From an uncultured delta proteobacterium (lineage in GTDB: Bacteria > Desulfobacterota > Syntrophia > Syntrophales > Smithellaceae), in the NCBI GenBank assembly GCA_963753975.1, contig CAVWEH010000005.1, positions 384,001-448,000 on the forward strand: a DNA stretch of 64,000 bases. The letters are read 5' to 3'. Shown piece after piece: positions 10,192 through 20,519 of this stretch (its first letter is position 1; each line of letters starts with the position of its first letter). Position numbers and translations under genes: made by a program. The notes beneath the pieces are model-generated. The model saw only the letters and a list, made by a program, of their open reading frames with translations. It ran no database searches and was not told the origin of the DNA.

Positions 10192-11560
10192 TTATTTACC
10201 ATACTGAATTTTCCGCAATTGCGCCGGTGTCTTAACCTCTTGAGGATGGAGAAATTTCTTCATTGCTTTTTCATTTTCTTTACAGGACGGCCAAAGATAT
10301 GCTATTTTGCCATTCTCTTGAAACTGAACAAGAGGCTGATAAAAGTATCCCGGGTAAGTCTTCCACGGATTATTCGGATCAACCCTCATCCGGGAATGGT
10401 AAAACGGTTTTACTTTCTTGGTTTCGTATTTCATTTTCCCGAGTGAATACTCTGTCGTCCACATTTTCCATAGCTTTGATCAGCTTTGGGACATTGTCTG
10501 TTCCCCCTGCCTTCTCAATAGCTGCCTTGAATTGGTAAATGTCGGCATAGGCAATATGCACATGAAGCTGCATGGGAATATTTCTCTTTGCTGCTTTTTC
10601 CATAAGAGGCATGGTTTTGGATGTCAGAGGAATAGTATCCAAATCGAAGAACGAAGAAAGAGTCCCCAGCGCCTTGCCGCCGGTCATGGGCCAAAATGCG
10701 TGCGTCTGTGAAACACCTCCATAGAAAGAAACATAGATATTTTTAGCTGCGGAATCAGCCCATTGTTTGGCAAAGGCGTCCGTATCCGTAAACCAGGAGC
10801 TGACAAAAAAGATCAGGTCGGCTTTTTTATCGGCAATTTCCTGCAGAATGGGTATGTATAAAGTCCCGCGCGGCTTAACTGCTTTACTATAAACAACTTT
10901 TAACCCTACATCCTGAGCCATTTTTTCCCAAGTCGGCAGTTTCATATAATCAATTCCTTTTCTCCACTCGGTCGTCCAGTCCAGGTCTTCCCAAAGAAAA
11001 GCGATTTTTTTCACCCCTAGGTATTTTTTCCAGAGTCCCATAATGTATTTCGTTTGGGCATAATGAGCAGGTTCCGGATCAAAATCCCGGAAGCAAAAAT
11101 CGTATTTCGGAGCTTCATCTATAATCCGCGCTGTTAATTCGGAGCCCATGGGACCATTGAAAACGAGAATATGGGGATATTCCTTGAAAAGGTTACCGGA
11201 GTTTTCCTGCACCGCCAGAGAAATCTCTGTACGGCCTTCCACGGAAACAAATGTCGCTTTATCTTCGATTATCAAGTTTCTTGCCGCTTCGACGGATAGC
11301 GATGTGTCGCCCTTGCCATCTTGGACAATATACTTCACCGGCCGTCCCAGGATGCCGCCGGCCGCATTAATCTCATCAACGGCCATTTTTTGGATATCCA
11401 TACATGGTTTAGTACCAGGGGATGCAACGTTTCCAACATACCCAATAACAATGGGCTCCCCTTTCGGTTGTGCAAATGACACTGATGGCAGTAACGCCAT
11501 TACGGCTATCACCACTACGGAAACGATGACGCCAACAACCCTAAAATCTTTTTTCATCAT
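10192..11560 (-). CDS. Liv-type ABC transporter substrate-binding protein, split by a +1 frameshift near 10460
   Basis: Signal peptide, AVDEINAAGGILGRPV motif. Removing one G from GTG-G-ACG joins ORF 10379-11560 to ORF 10192-10464 (...MENVTTEYSLGKMKY...). Confidence 0.8.
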
Positions 11561-11648
11561 GGCACCTCCTCCTTAAAAAAATATTTCCAGCCTAAGAAAA
11601 TTCACCCGTCCCCACGGAACGGATCTTCATTTACAGGTATTAAATATT

Positions 11649-12986
11649 TTACACTCCTTTGAGGTACTTATCCCTGACGTAGTCATTATCCTTCCCGATC
11701 TCGCAGGAAACCCACTTCACGCGAGGAGGAGATTCGGACATCTTGACGAAATTTGCGCTAATAGTATATTTGCCCAAATTATTATCTTCAACTTCCTGAA
11801 ACGCCTTGCGGACATGCCATTGTTTGTTTTCCATAGCAGTCTCCGGCGTCATCAATTTCATAACAATAGGTACTCCCCCACCGCGCCATTTGGACCTTGC
11901 CGATTTCTTGCTATAATGTAAAGCCATTCTGACCAATTCATCAGCCGTGTGTTTCATGGTTGCTTTTTCGATTAGTTTATGAAGATGTGTCGCCTGTTCT
12001 AAAATGTCGGGTATACGATCCGATGAATACCTCCAATCGTCCTCGATCTCCCACAGACCAAGAATTTTAAGCAACGCTCGAAAATCATGATCTCGGGGAG
12101 CAGCAATGGCAACAAATCCATCTTTACACTTCCAATGACCGTAAGGATACAAAATAAAATCCAATACTCCGATTCGTGGCCGTGCCTTTCCCCAGGTACA
12201 GCCGATCGAGGCCGGAATCCCTACCATGGAAGAGTAGGCATCCATGCTCGCCACATCCACCATCTGACCCTGCCCCGTGTTTTGCCGGTGGATAAGAGCA
12301 ACTGTACCGGCAAGAGCGGCGCCAAGCCCGGAAACATACCAACCTGCCCACATTCCCGCACGTAACGGCCAGTTATATGGCTCCCCCATCTCCGGTACGT
12401 CCCCCATCTCGGCGGGAAGTCCCGAGCCCGCCTGGGAAGTGATATCGGAATCAGGCATGCGCGCAAACTCCTTCGCCTTATCTGTATATTGTCCGTAGGG
12501 AGTAACTGCTATATAGACCAGCCCCTTGTTATTGGCACTTAGCTGCCGGAAACCTATCCCCCATGAATCCATATCTCCGGCGGGGAACGTCTCAATCACA
12601 ACAGCAGCTTTTTGGGCCAGCTTACTGAAAACCTCGCGATCTTTAGCGTTATTCTTAATATCCAAGGACATATAGCGTTTATTTCGCCCCTCCATCATAA
12701 AAGGTATGCCCACCCCTTTAACATTGACGCCAAACGGCGTCATCTGGCGGGCCGGATCTCCTTCGGGAGGTTCGATCTTAATCACTTCGGCGCCAAATTC
12801 GGCAAAAAAGCTGGCAGCAATAATTCCCGCAAAATTAGCATTGCTGGCATCCAGAACCAGCAAATCGTCCATCACCTCTGCCTTTCCTTCGGGATTCATA
12901 ATTTCGGCCAATGCCTTCCCCAGTTCGGAAAGACGGGAAGACGCGTGCCGAGTGTATATTTCTTCCTTTTGTGCTTTCGGGCTCAT
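11649..12986 (-). CDS. Family III (CaiB/BaiF) CoA-transferase subunit, apparently lacking the catalytic Asp
   Basis: FGAEVIKIEPPEGDPAR, GRNKR, TGQGQMVDVA; AGMWAGWYVSG where active members have Asp. Confidence 0.85.
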   Translation of the reverse strand: MSPKAQKEEIYTRHASSRLSELGKALAEIMNPEGKAEVMDDLLVLDASNANFAGIIAASFFAEFGAEVIKIEPPEGDPARQMTPFGVNVKGVGIPFMMEGRNKRYMSLDIKNNAKDREVFSKLAQKAAVVIETFPAGDMDSWGIGFRQLSANNKGLVYIAVTPYGQYTDKAKEFARMPDSDITSQAGSGLPAEMGDVPEMGEPYNWPLRAGMWAGWYVSGLGAALAGTVALIHRQNTGQGQMVDVASMDAYSSMVGIPASIGCTWGKARPRIGVLDFILYPYGHWKCKDGFVAIAAPRDHDFRALLKILGLWEIEDDWRYSSDRIPDILEQATHLHKLIEKATMKHTADELVRMALHYSKKSARSKWRGGGVPIVMKLMTPETAMENKQWHVRKAFQEVEDNNLGKYTISANFVKMSESPPRVKWVSCEIGKDNDYVRDKYLKGV

Positions 12987-14338
12987 TTACAAACCTCTTT
13001 TCCGTAATTGCATATGGGATCTTCATTCATGTTATAGTATACGGGCGGTTTAAGACCCGGCCTGTCATCAAAGGTGCCAATAACCTTTTTCTTTTCCAGA
13101 TACTTGATCTCTTCTTCCGACATGCCAAGAAACTTCTTCAACACGATCCGATTATGATAACCGAGAGGACGGGCAAGCCATTTGGTTCTCGATGGCGTCC
13201 CGCTTAGCTGTGCCGAGGGGCCGGCAATTACTAATTCTCCGTACATATCATCTTTGAAAAGAACCACGCTACCTCTTTTACGCCGCCAGGCATCATTGCA
13301 AATCGTGAAATCGTCCGCAACTTCTGCCGCAGGAAAAGAGTTCGAGTTAGCGACATTAATGATTTCCTCGGTGGTTTTAGACTTTACCCAATCGGTAACG
13401 ATGCTATTCAAAGCTTTCGCATTTTCCGGCTTTAGCCTCTCCATATTGTTGTTAAAGCGCTCATCCTTAAGCAATTCTTCTTTGCCCATTGCACTCAAAA
13501 GACCTTGAAACTGGTCATGAGTGGCGCAGGCTAAAGCTAAGAATTTTTCATCGCCCGCTTTGAAAATTGCTGACGGCACCATAGTGGGATCTGAATTTCC
13601 CGTCCGGCCGATTTCTCCTCCGGTGACGGAATGGTAGGTATAATTAAACAAAAGACGCATCAAGGCTTCGGATTGAGCGAGATCAATATATTGTCCCTTA
13701 CCTGTCTTATTTCTGTAATAAAGCGCCATCATGATCGATAAGGCACCGATATTACCCGGCACAAAATCGCCCAGATAATCGGGAAGTTTGTAAAATTTAT
13801 CGGTGTTGGGATATCCGTTCAAACTCAAGACACCGCTGGCCGCTTGGGCTAAAAGGTCCCATCCCGGGAAAAAGCGCATCGGCCCATATTGACCATATGT
13901 AGAGCAGCTTAAAAAAATAATCTTGGGATTTATTTTGCTGATTTGAGAGTAGCCTATCTTCCATGCTTCCGCAGTACCCGGTGCAAAGTTTTCAATAACG
14001 ACATCGGCTGTCTCAGCCATTTTGTAAATCAATTCTTTAGACTTGGCCAGTCTTAAATTTACGGAAAGAAAATATTTGTTTTTGGTTATATTGTGCCAGA
14101 TCGGATTGGAGTGTTTCCAATATTTGCCCCAGTAAGTTGCAGGCCTCCAGAGATCTCCGGAGAAAGGCAGTTCCAATTTGATGACTTCCGCCCCGTAATC
14201 CGCAAGAAGCCTGGCAGCGATAGGACCGAAGATTACATGAGAGAAATCCAACACGCGAATGCCTTTTAGAGCTTCTGGTTTAGTGCCTGCGTGAGCCGGA
14301 TCGAATAGCTTTTCAGTATAAGAAAAATAGTCTTCCAT
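12983..14338 (-). CDS. Family III (CaiB/BaiF) CoA-transferase
   Basis: LKGIRVLDFSHVIFGP, ADVVIENFAPG, YGQYGP, YLGDFVPG (catalytic Asp), GKGQYIDLA. Confidence 0.9.
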   Translation of the reverse strand: MEDYFSYTEKLFDPAHAGTKPEALKGIRVLDFSHVIFGPIAARLLADYGAEVIKLELPFSGDLWRPATYWGKYWKHSNPIWHNITKNKYFLSVNLRLAKSKELIYKMAETADVVIENFAPGTAEAWKIGYSQISKINPKIIFLSCSTYGQYGPMRFFPGWDLLAQAASGVLSLNGYPNTDKFYKLPDYLGDFVPGNIGALSIMMALYYRNKTGKGQYIDLAQSEALMRLLFNYTYHSVTGGEIGRTGNSDPTMVPSAIFKAGDEKFLALACATHDQFQGLLSAMGKEELLKDERFNNNMERLKPENAKALNSIVTDWVKSKTTEEIINVANSNSFPAAEVADDFTICNDAWRRKRGSVVLFKDDMYGELVIAGPSAQLSGTPSRTKWLARPLGYHNRIVLKKFLGMSEEEIKYLEKKKVIGTFDDRPGLKPPVYYNMNEDPICNYGKEVCK

Positions 14339-14341
14339 GAT

Positions 14342-15046
14342 TTATCTCCCTAAATATGCCTTCTTCACCAAATTATTCTTTATCAGGTTTACGGCCGTAT
14401 CTTCAATGACGACTCTGCCGTCTTGAAGAATATATCCCCTGTTGGCTAACTGCAGGGCGCGCAGAGCATTTTGCTCAGTAAGTAAGATAGTGAGCCCCGC
14501 ATCCCGGAGCTTTGCCAGGGTTTCATAGACTGCATCTACGATAATAGGGGCAAGACCTATGGATGGCTCATCTATCATTATAAGCTTGGGATTCGCCATA
14601 AGGCCTCTGCCGATTTTAAGCATTTGCTGCTCTCCACCACTGAGTAACCGTGCCATTTGATTGGACCGCTCCTTAAGAATCGGGTATAAGTTATAAACAT
14701 AGCATAATGTTTCATTTCTTTTTTTCCAGGAATTGCTCCGATAAGCGCCCAAGAGAAGATTTTCCTTAACCGTCATGTAAGGAAAGGCCTTGCTTCCCTC
14801 CGGCACCTGAACAATGCCCATGTCCACAACTTTGTGCGGCGGTAAATTTAGAATGGGCTCATCCTGAAAGATTACTCTTCCGGTCGGATGTTTCATAAAT
14901 CCCTGGATGGTATTTAATATAGTGCTTTTACCTGTTCCATTGGAACCGAGAATAGTTACAATTTCATTTTCTTTTACATTGAAACTCACATCATGGAGCA
15001 CCGGGATAACGCCATACGAGACATTAAGTTTATCAACTTCAAGCAT
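14342..15046 (-). CDS. livF: LivF-type ABC ATP-binding protein
   Basis: MLEVDKLNVSYG, GSNGTGKST, LSGGEQQML, DEPSIGLAP, KAYLG. Confidence 0.88.
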   Translation of the reverse strand: MLEVDKLNVSYGVIPVLHDVSFNVKENEIVTILGSNGTGKSTILNTIQGFMKHPTGRVIFQDEPILNLPPHKVVDMGIVQVPEGSKAFPYMTVKENLLLGAYRSNSWKKRNETLCYVYNLYPILKERSNQMARLLSGGEQQMLKIGRGLMANPKLIMIDEPSIGLAPIIVDAVYETLAKLRDAGLTILLTEQNALRALQLANRGYILQDGRVVIEDTAVNLIKNNLVKKAYLGR

Positions 15047-15785
15047 ACGCCTTCCACCCCCTCCCCAGATAGGCTTCAATTACCGCATCGTTATTCACTA
15101 CTTCGTCCGGGGTTCCTTCGGCAAGTTTTTCACCGTGATTAATAGCAATAATACGATCAGCGGATTCCATTAGCACCGCCATGACATGCTCTATCCAGAA
15201 GATGGTAATTCCAAACTGTTCTTTGGCCCGGGAAATGAGTTGAATTGCGTCATTGGCCTCGCCGGGATTGAGACCGGCCATAACCTCATCGATAAAGAGA
15301 AGCTTCGGCGTTGTGGCCAGAGACCGGGCAAGCTCCAGCATTCTTAACTCATAAAAAGTCAAATCGCGGGCAAGAATAGCCCGTTTGCTGAAGAGCCCGA
15401 CGAATTCAAGATAGTGGGTCGCCTCCACCATAGCATCTTCAAAACTCTGGTTAACACGCTTCTTGCCGCAGAGGGCACTGGTAGCCACGCTGGCCAGAGC
15501 CGTCAATTCAGGGAAGGGTCGGGGAATTTGGTACGTTCGGGCAAGTCCCATATGCGCTCGCTGATGAGGCTTCATATTGGTGATATTTATCCCGTTCATT
15601 TCGATCTCACCTGAATCGGCGTCAAGATATCCGGAGAGCACATTGACTACGGTTGATTTTCCCGCACCGTTGGGACCGATAAAGCCGACAGTTTCACCTG
15701 CGTGAATCTCGAATGATAAATTATTTACCGCAACAATCCCTCCAAAAGTCTTGGTGATATTGCTAACTTTCAGCAGTTCCGTCAT
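15039..15785 (-). CDS. livG: LivG-type ABC ATP-binding protein
   Basis: FGGIVAV, GPNGAGKST, GLARTYQ, DEVMAGLN, IEHVM, VIEAYLG. Confidence 0.88.
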   Translation of the reverse strand: MTELLKVSNITKTFGGIVAVNNLSFEIHAGETVGFIGPNGAGKSTVVNVLSGYLDADSGEIEMNGINITNMKPHQRAHMGLARTYQIPRPFPELTALASVATSALCGKKRVNQSFEDAMVEATHYLEFVGLFSKRAILARDLTFYELRMLELARSLATTPKLLFIDEVMAGLNPGEANDAIQLISRAKEQFGITIFWIEHVMAVLMESADRIIAINHGEKLAEGTPDEVVNNDAVIEAYLGRGWKAYA

Positions 15786-15793
15786 TTATTAAT

Positions 15794-16834
15794 TTACCTC
15801 CGCACATGTATGGTTGGAAAATATTCTCTATAACGGCGTTTGCGATAAATCCCAAAAAGCCCTTCCGGAAGCACAAAAAGAAGGATAATAAGAATTATAG
15901 GGAATACAACCGGCTGTATCGGCCCCATAGTCCTGATCAGAATCATCTCTAAAAAGGCGACGAAATAACCGCCGACAACGCATCCAAATATTTGGGTCCG
16001 GCCTCCGATCATCATAGCTAAAAATATTTTCAGCATGAATGTAAACGTAAGATAAGTTTGTCCGGCAAATGAAGAAAAATAATGGGCGTAAAACCATCCG
16101 ATAATCCCAATCATACCGGCAGAAAAGACAAAAGAAAGAATTTTAACTTTGTTTATATTTACGCCAATACCGTGGGCCACCTCTTCATCGTCATTGATGG
16201 CAGCCATAATTAATCCATAGCGCGACTTGATAACCTTGTTGATGACCAAAAGGTACAAAACCATGATGATGATGGAAATGTATGCTATAATCATAAAATT
16301 GATTCTGGCATTCCCCAAATCCAGAAGAGGCTTAATTCCAAAGAGTCCGGTATCCCCCTTAAAGATATCAGTATAGATAATGGTAACTTCTAAAAAAACA
16401 AAAGGTAAAAGCAGGGATAACAAAACGTAGTAGAGTCCTCGAGCAACAATCACCAGGGGACTGAAGATAAGCGCAGCAAAAAGAGTAATTAATATTGCGA
16501 ACAACAATGTTGCCAGCGGCCCCCAGCCGTAAGCGATGCTGAGCAGAGCGGCCGCATAACCTCCCACGCCGACGAAAAAATTCGGGCCAAAATTAACGCG
16601 GCCCGTTCCCAGGGTCATCAGCGACATCGGCATGGCGATAGCAGCCAGAAGATTGGCCGAGATCATGGTGTTGATCAGCCCCGGGCTTATAAAATAGGCA
16701 ACGGCGGGAAAAATAAGTAAAAAAGCAACCCAGATGATGGAATTGCGCCAATATCTGGGTTCAATCATCCATTCCCATTTCTTATCCTTAAGTCTGATTA
16801 CAACGCGATCTCTTTTTAATTCAATATCTACCAT
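15794..16834 (-). CDS. LivM-type ABC permease
   Basis: FFVGVGGYAAA, RGLYY, AINDDEEVAHGIGVN, MMIGG. Confidence 0.85.
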   Translation of the reverse strand: MVDIELKRDRVVIRLKDKKWEWMIEPRYWRNSIIWVAFLLIFPAVAYFISPGLINTMISANLLAAIAMPMSLMTLGTGRVNFGPNFFVGVGGYAAALLSIAYGWGPLATLLFAILITLFAALIFSPLVIVARGLYYVLLSLLLPFVFLEVTIIYTDIFKGDTGLFGIKPLLDLGNARINFMIIAYISIIIMVLYLLVINKVIKSRYGLIMAAINDDEEVAHGIGVNINKVKILSFVFSAGMIGIIGWFYAHYFSSFAGQTYLTFTFMLKIFLAMMIGGRTQIFGCVVGGYFVAFLEMILIRTMGPIQPVVFPIILIILLFVLPEGLFGIYRKRRYREYFPTIHVRR

Positions 16835-17703
16835 AATGACTCACTCCTTGTTAATCCCTGTGGCCTCACTATCAAAACAATCATGACCAGTACTAAAGCC
16901 GAAAGTGTCATAAAACGCGGTTCCCCCACAATAAAGCACATAACTGCATGGACCGCTCCGATGAGAAAGCTCGCCATGATGGTACCTTTCATATTACCAA
17001 GCCCTCCCAGAACGGCGACAAGGATGGCGGTAAACATGTAAATCTGACCCATGTCGGGAGCGACTGTCCACACCGGAGCAATAATAAGCGTACCGATCAT
17101 AACAGGCACAAGGACAAACATCATCGTGAAAATATAAAGGCTCTCCACGTTAATACCGACAATTTGGGAGCTGTATATGCTCTGGGAAATGGCTCTTATA
17201 GCAAGGCCTGTCCTTGTTTTAAGAAAGAATAAAACGAAAAGTCCGGTTAAAAGAAGCGCGATAATTGATCCGATAAGGAGCTGGGTAGAAACAATAACCG
17301 AACCGATTTGCGTAGTCCCCTTAATCAATTCTGTTTGTAAATAAACACCTGTTTGCATGGGATATTGGTAATTGATAGCCTGCTCAATTATGACGGTTAT
17401 CAGTAAAAGACCCACCAGCATCTCCAATTCTTTATCCAGGTATTTTTTGATAATTCCTTTGTAAATGAGAAAGGCGATAATAAATTGAACCGCAACCATG
17501 CCGAAAATCGCCGGTATGAGGCTCCATCCCAGATCTTGAAAAAACATCCAAGTGACGTAGATAGTTACCGGGAATATATAAGCATAACCGAGATGAAAAA
17601 TTCTTAAAACGCCGCAAATGATAGAAAACCCTAAGGAAATAAGCAGATAAATTGAACCTAAAATGAAAGTGTAAATGAGTAAGTTTTGTATATAAACCCA
17701 CAT
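16828..17703 (-). CDS. LivH-type ABC permease
   Basis: GSIYLLISLGFSII, KTRTGLAIRA, AVLGGLGN. Confidence 0.85.
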   Translation of the reverse strand: MWVYIQNLLIYTFILGSIYLLISLGFSIICGVLRIFHLGYAYIFPVTIYVTWMFFQDLGWSLIPAIFGMVAVQFIIAFLIYKGIIKKYLDKELEMLVGLLLITVIIEQAINYQYPMQTGVYLQTELIKGTTQIGSVIVSTQLLIGSIIALLLTGLFVLFFLKTRTGLAIRAISQSIYSSQIVGINVESLYIFTMMFVLVPVMIGTLIIAPVWTVAPDMGQIYMFTAILVAVLGGLGNMKGTIMASFLIGAVHAVMCFIVGEPRFMTLSALVLVMIVLIVRPQGLTRSESLW

Positions 17704-18049
17704 ACTCTTTTTCTTCTCCCTTCTTTACTTTTGACCCGCGGTTAAGTCCTTAATTATGGGAAAAATCTAGTTAATATAGTGTAATTTATATAATAATATT
17801 GCTACCTTACTGAAACACTTATTCGACATTAATAAAGCATTCGAAAATAACAACTGAAAAATGATTCTCTGAATTACGAAAAAACACTGACAAGCGCATG
17901 TGTGTTTTGTTAATCGAGCTTTGAATGTTTGTCAACAGTTTTTAATTATTTTTTGTCTCTCTCCTGACCGAAAGTAAAAAACCATTTTAAGCTTATTGCC
18001 GGTGATTCTTTCATTAGGGCGAGGCTTGCTGCGCGATACGGCAGAATGA

Positions 18050-18364
18050 TTATCCCTGCAAGATATTCTTTATTTTCTCTTCCAGGTCTTTCTTGCTTAT
18101 ATCTTTCACTAAAACTATTTTTTTCCGTGATTTTGCTCCGGCCAAAATTTCCAGCTGACTTTTTCTTAACTTTAAAGCTTGGGCGAGAAGATTTACGCAA
18201 GCAATATTTGCCGCGCCTTCCACAGGTGGTGCAGCAACCTTAAGCTTAAGCGCATCTTCTTGCGAGCCAGCTATCCCCGAGTGGGAAGCACGAGGGGTAA
18301 CTTGAATTTCAAAAGTTAAACCTTTTTTTGATTCTTTTACATGGATAATGCTCGCCAAAAACAA
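18050..18364 (-). CDS. yggU: DUF167/YggU family protein
   Basis: VTPRAS, LKVAAPPVEGAAN, GAKSRKK; follows yggT. Confidence 0.9.
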   Translation of the reverse strand: MFLASIIHVKESKKGLTFEIQVTPRASHSGIAGSQEDALKLKVAAPPVEGAANIACVNLLAQALKLRKSQLEILAGAKSRKKIVLVKDISKKDLEEKIKNILQG

Positions 18365-18382
18365 AGGCCTTTCTTGCCGGTG

Positions 18383-18679
18383 TTATAAATTGCGGGCTAA
18401 CTGAATTATTGTTTCCACTAAGAAATACTGCAAAAAGATAATCACCAAAATAACAATAATTGGGGAAAGATCAATTCCGACATTACGTAAAGGAAGTATG
18501 CGGCGTACCGGACGAAGCACCGGCTCCGTAACTCTATACAAAAAGATTACGATTTTATTATAAGGGTCCGCGTTCACCCATGATATTACGGCACGAAAAA
18601 TTATAATCCACATGTAAAGAGTTAAGACGATGTCGACGATCTTGGCCAAAGCGACGACGAAATTACTTAAGACAAACAT
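18383..18679 (-). CDS. yggT: YggT family membrane protein
   Basis: ISWVNADPYN, TEPVLRPVRRILP, IDLSPII. Confidence 0.92.
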   Translation of the reverse strand: MFVLSNFVVALAKIVDIVLTLYMWIIIFRAVISWVNADPYNKIVIFLYRVTEPVLRPVRRILPLRNVGIDLSPIIVILVIIFLQYFLVETIIQLARNL

Positions 18680-18702
18680 AAAAACACCTCATGTATCCCC
18701 GT

Positions 18703-19488
18703 TTAAACGATCTTAGAAATGGACAGGGCAAACTTATTTAAAGTTTCATTAAACTCTTTTGGCCTTTCTATCATCACCATATGACCAGCGCCTTCTATCA
18801 GGCACAGTTTTGCCCCGCTTATATTTTCAGTTATTTGGCGGGAAAAATCAGGCGGCATCATTTTATCTTCCGCCCCGCAGATGACTAGCACAGGCATAGC
18901 TATTTTACCTGTTTCGTGAGCTAAGTTCAATTTATTGCACGCCGAAAGATCATTATATAAAACATTCGTATTGGCCAGAGAAAGGCTTTTTTTCAACTGG
19001 TCAAAAAACTGGGGACGGTTTTTCTTGGCCAGCGAAAATTTACATATTAAATCAATTGCTTCTGACGGATTCGTTTTAAAAAATTCCAAAAGAGAGGAAT
19101 TAACCGGCATTTTTAATCCGCCGCTAACCGAAACAATTCCTTTAATCTCTTGCGGGTAATTTAGCGCGAATTGCAGAGTGATCGCGGCACCCAGAGAATG
19201 ACCGACCAGAATAGAATTCTTTAGACATAAAGGATCCAGTAGTTTCCTTACCCAGAGACAATAGTTGCCCACATCACTTTCACCACTGCCTGGAGAATGG
19301 CCGTGCCCCGGAAGATCGACAGCAATAATATTATAATACTTATGTAATTTGGCGTATTGCAGCGACCATAGACTGTGATCGCCGCCGGAGCCGTGGATGA
19401 AAATCAAGCTTTGTTTGTGCGCTCCAAAATCGCGGCTATTAACCCAACAAGCGATTCTCGAAGATTCAATATCAAAATATTTCAGCAT
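18703..19488 (-). CDS. Alpha/beta fold hydrolase
   Basis: HGSGG, DLPGHG, nucleophile motif GHSLG, GAEDKM, GAGHMV. Confidence 0.9.
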   Translation of the reverse strand: MLKYFDIESSRIACWVNSRDFGAHKQSLIFIHGSGGDHSLWSLQYAKLHKYYNIIAVDLPGHGHSPGSGESDVGNYCLWVRKLLDPLCLKNSILVGHSLGAAITLQFALNYPQEIKGIVSVSGGLKMPVNSSLLEFFKTNPSEAIDLICKFSLAKKNRPQFFDQLKKSLSLANTNVLYNDLSACNKLNLAHETGKIAMPVLVICGAEDKMMPPDFSRQITENISGAKLCLIEGAGHMVMIERPKEFNETLNKFALSISKIV

Positions 19489-19621
19489 ATTGATTTACTC
19501 TAATGAAAATCGATATCACAAAAACAAAAATTTAGGCAATGGAAGAATGCGCCGGGAAAGCTGATTTATGTTGACAGAATAAAGGGAAAAAGTGCATGAA
19601 CGAAGAGAAAGGAGAGCGGAA

Positions 19622-20440
19622 ATGTTTAAGGGAAAGAAAATAGCGATTATCGGCGGTGGGAAAATGGGAAGTATAATTGCTCAGGCTTTATTCGAACAGA
19701 AATTTTTCCACAAACGGGACATTACCGTTACCGATATGGACAGCACCAGATTGGATTTTATTCGTTCTGCAATGGGGTTACATGTTTCTCACGATAATAA
19801 AAAAACAGTAAAGAGCGCGGATATAGTCGTTATAGCTGTTAAACCGCAAAATATGGCCGCAGCATTAAACGAATTCGGTTCCGCTATAGATACTTCCAAA
19901 GTCGTGATATCTATTGCCGCCGGAATTACCACTTCTTTTATAGAATCAATTCTACCCAAAGGTTCGCGTGTCTTAAGAGTAATGCCGAACACTCCTGCTC
20001 TCGTGGGCGAGGGGGCAGCAGCCATTGCCAGGGGAACTTGCGCCACAACCGCCGATCTTAAATTAACGCACGCTATTCTCGACGCCGTGGGAATAAGTTT
20101 TGAAGTTAAAGAAGAATTGATGGATGCCGTCACTGGATTGAGTGGTAGCGGGCCGGCATATTTTTTCCTAATTATCGAATCTCTTATCGAGGCGGGACAG
20201 AAAGCCGGCCTGCCGCATGACTTGGCGGCAAAACTCTCCGCGCAAACCATGCTGGGAGCAGCCCGCCTTTGCCTGCAAAGCGATAAGAAGCCGGCCGAGC
20301 TCAGGGAGATGGTAACATCGCCGGGAGGCACTACCGCCGCTGGCCTAAAGGTGTTGAATGAAGGAAAAGTCCGCGAAACTTTCATTGCCGCCGTTGCAGC
20401 AGCTACAAATAGATCTAAAGAACTGGCCGTCGGAAAATAA
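19622..20440 (+). CDS. proC: Pyrroline-5-carboxylate reductase
   Basis: IGGGKMG, AVKPQ, SIAAG, RVMPNTP, SGSGPAY, VTSPGGTT; likely start MFKGKK. Confidence 0.96.
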   Translation: MFKGKKIAIIGGGKMGSIIAQALFEQKFFHKRDITVTDMDSTRLDFIRSAMGLHVSHDNKKTVKSADIVVIAVKPQNMAAALNEFGSAIDTSKVVISIAAGITTSFIESILPKGSRVLRVMPNTPALVGEGAAAIARGTCATTADLKLTHAILDAVGISFEVKEELMDAVTGLSGSGPAYFFLIIESLIEAGQKAGLPHDLAAKLSAQTMLGAARLCLQSDKKPAELREMVTSPGGTTAAGLKVLNEGKVRETFIAAVAAATNRSKELAVGK

Positions 20441-20519
20441 TTAAGGTAAAAATATTTACCTTTCTATCAAAAAAAATCTGTTCGTGGGTTCTTGTCAGTA
20501 AAGATGAAAGTCCAATTCA

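Noticed and set aside
10192..10464. Independent 90-aa gene
   Set aside because: It is the frameshifted C-terminus of the substrate-binding protein.
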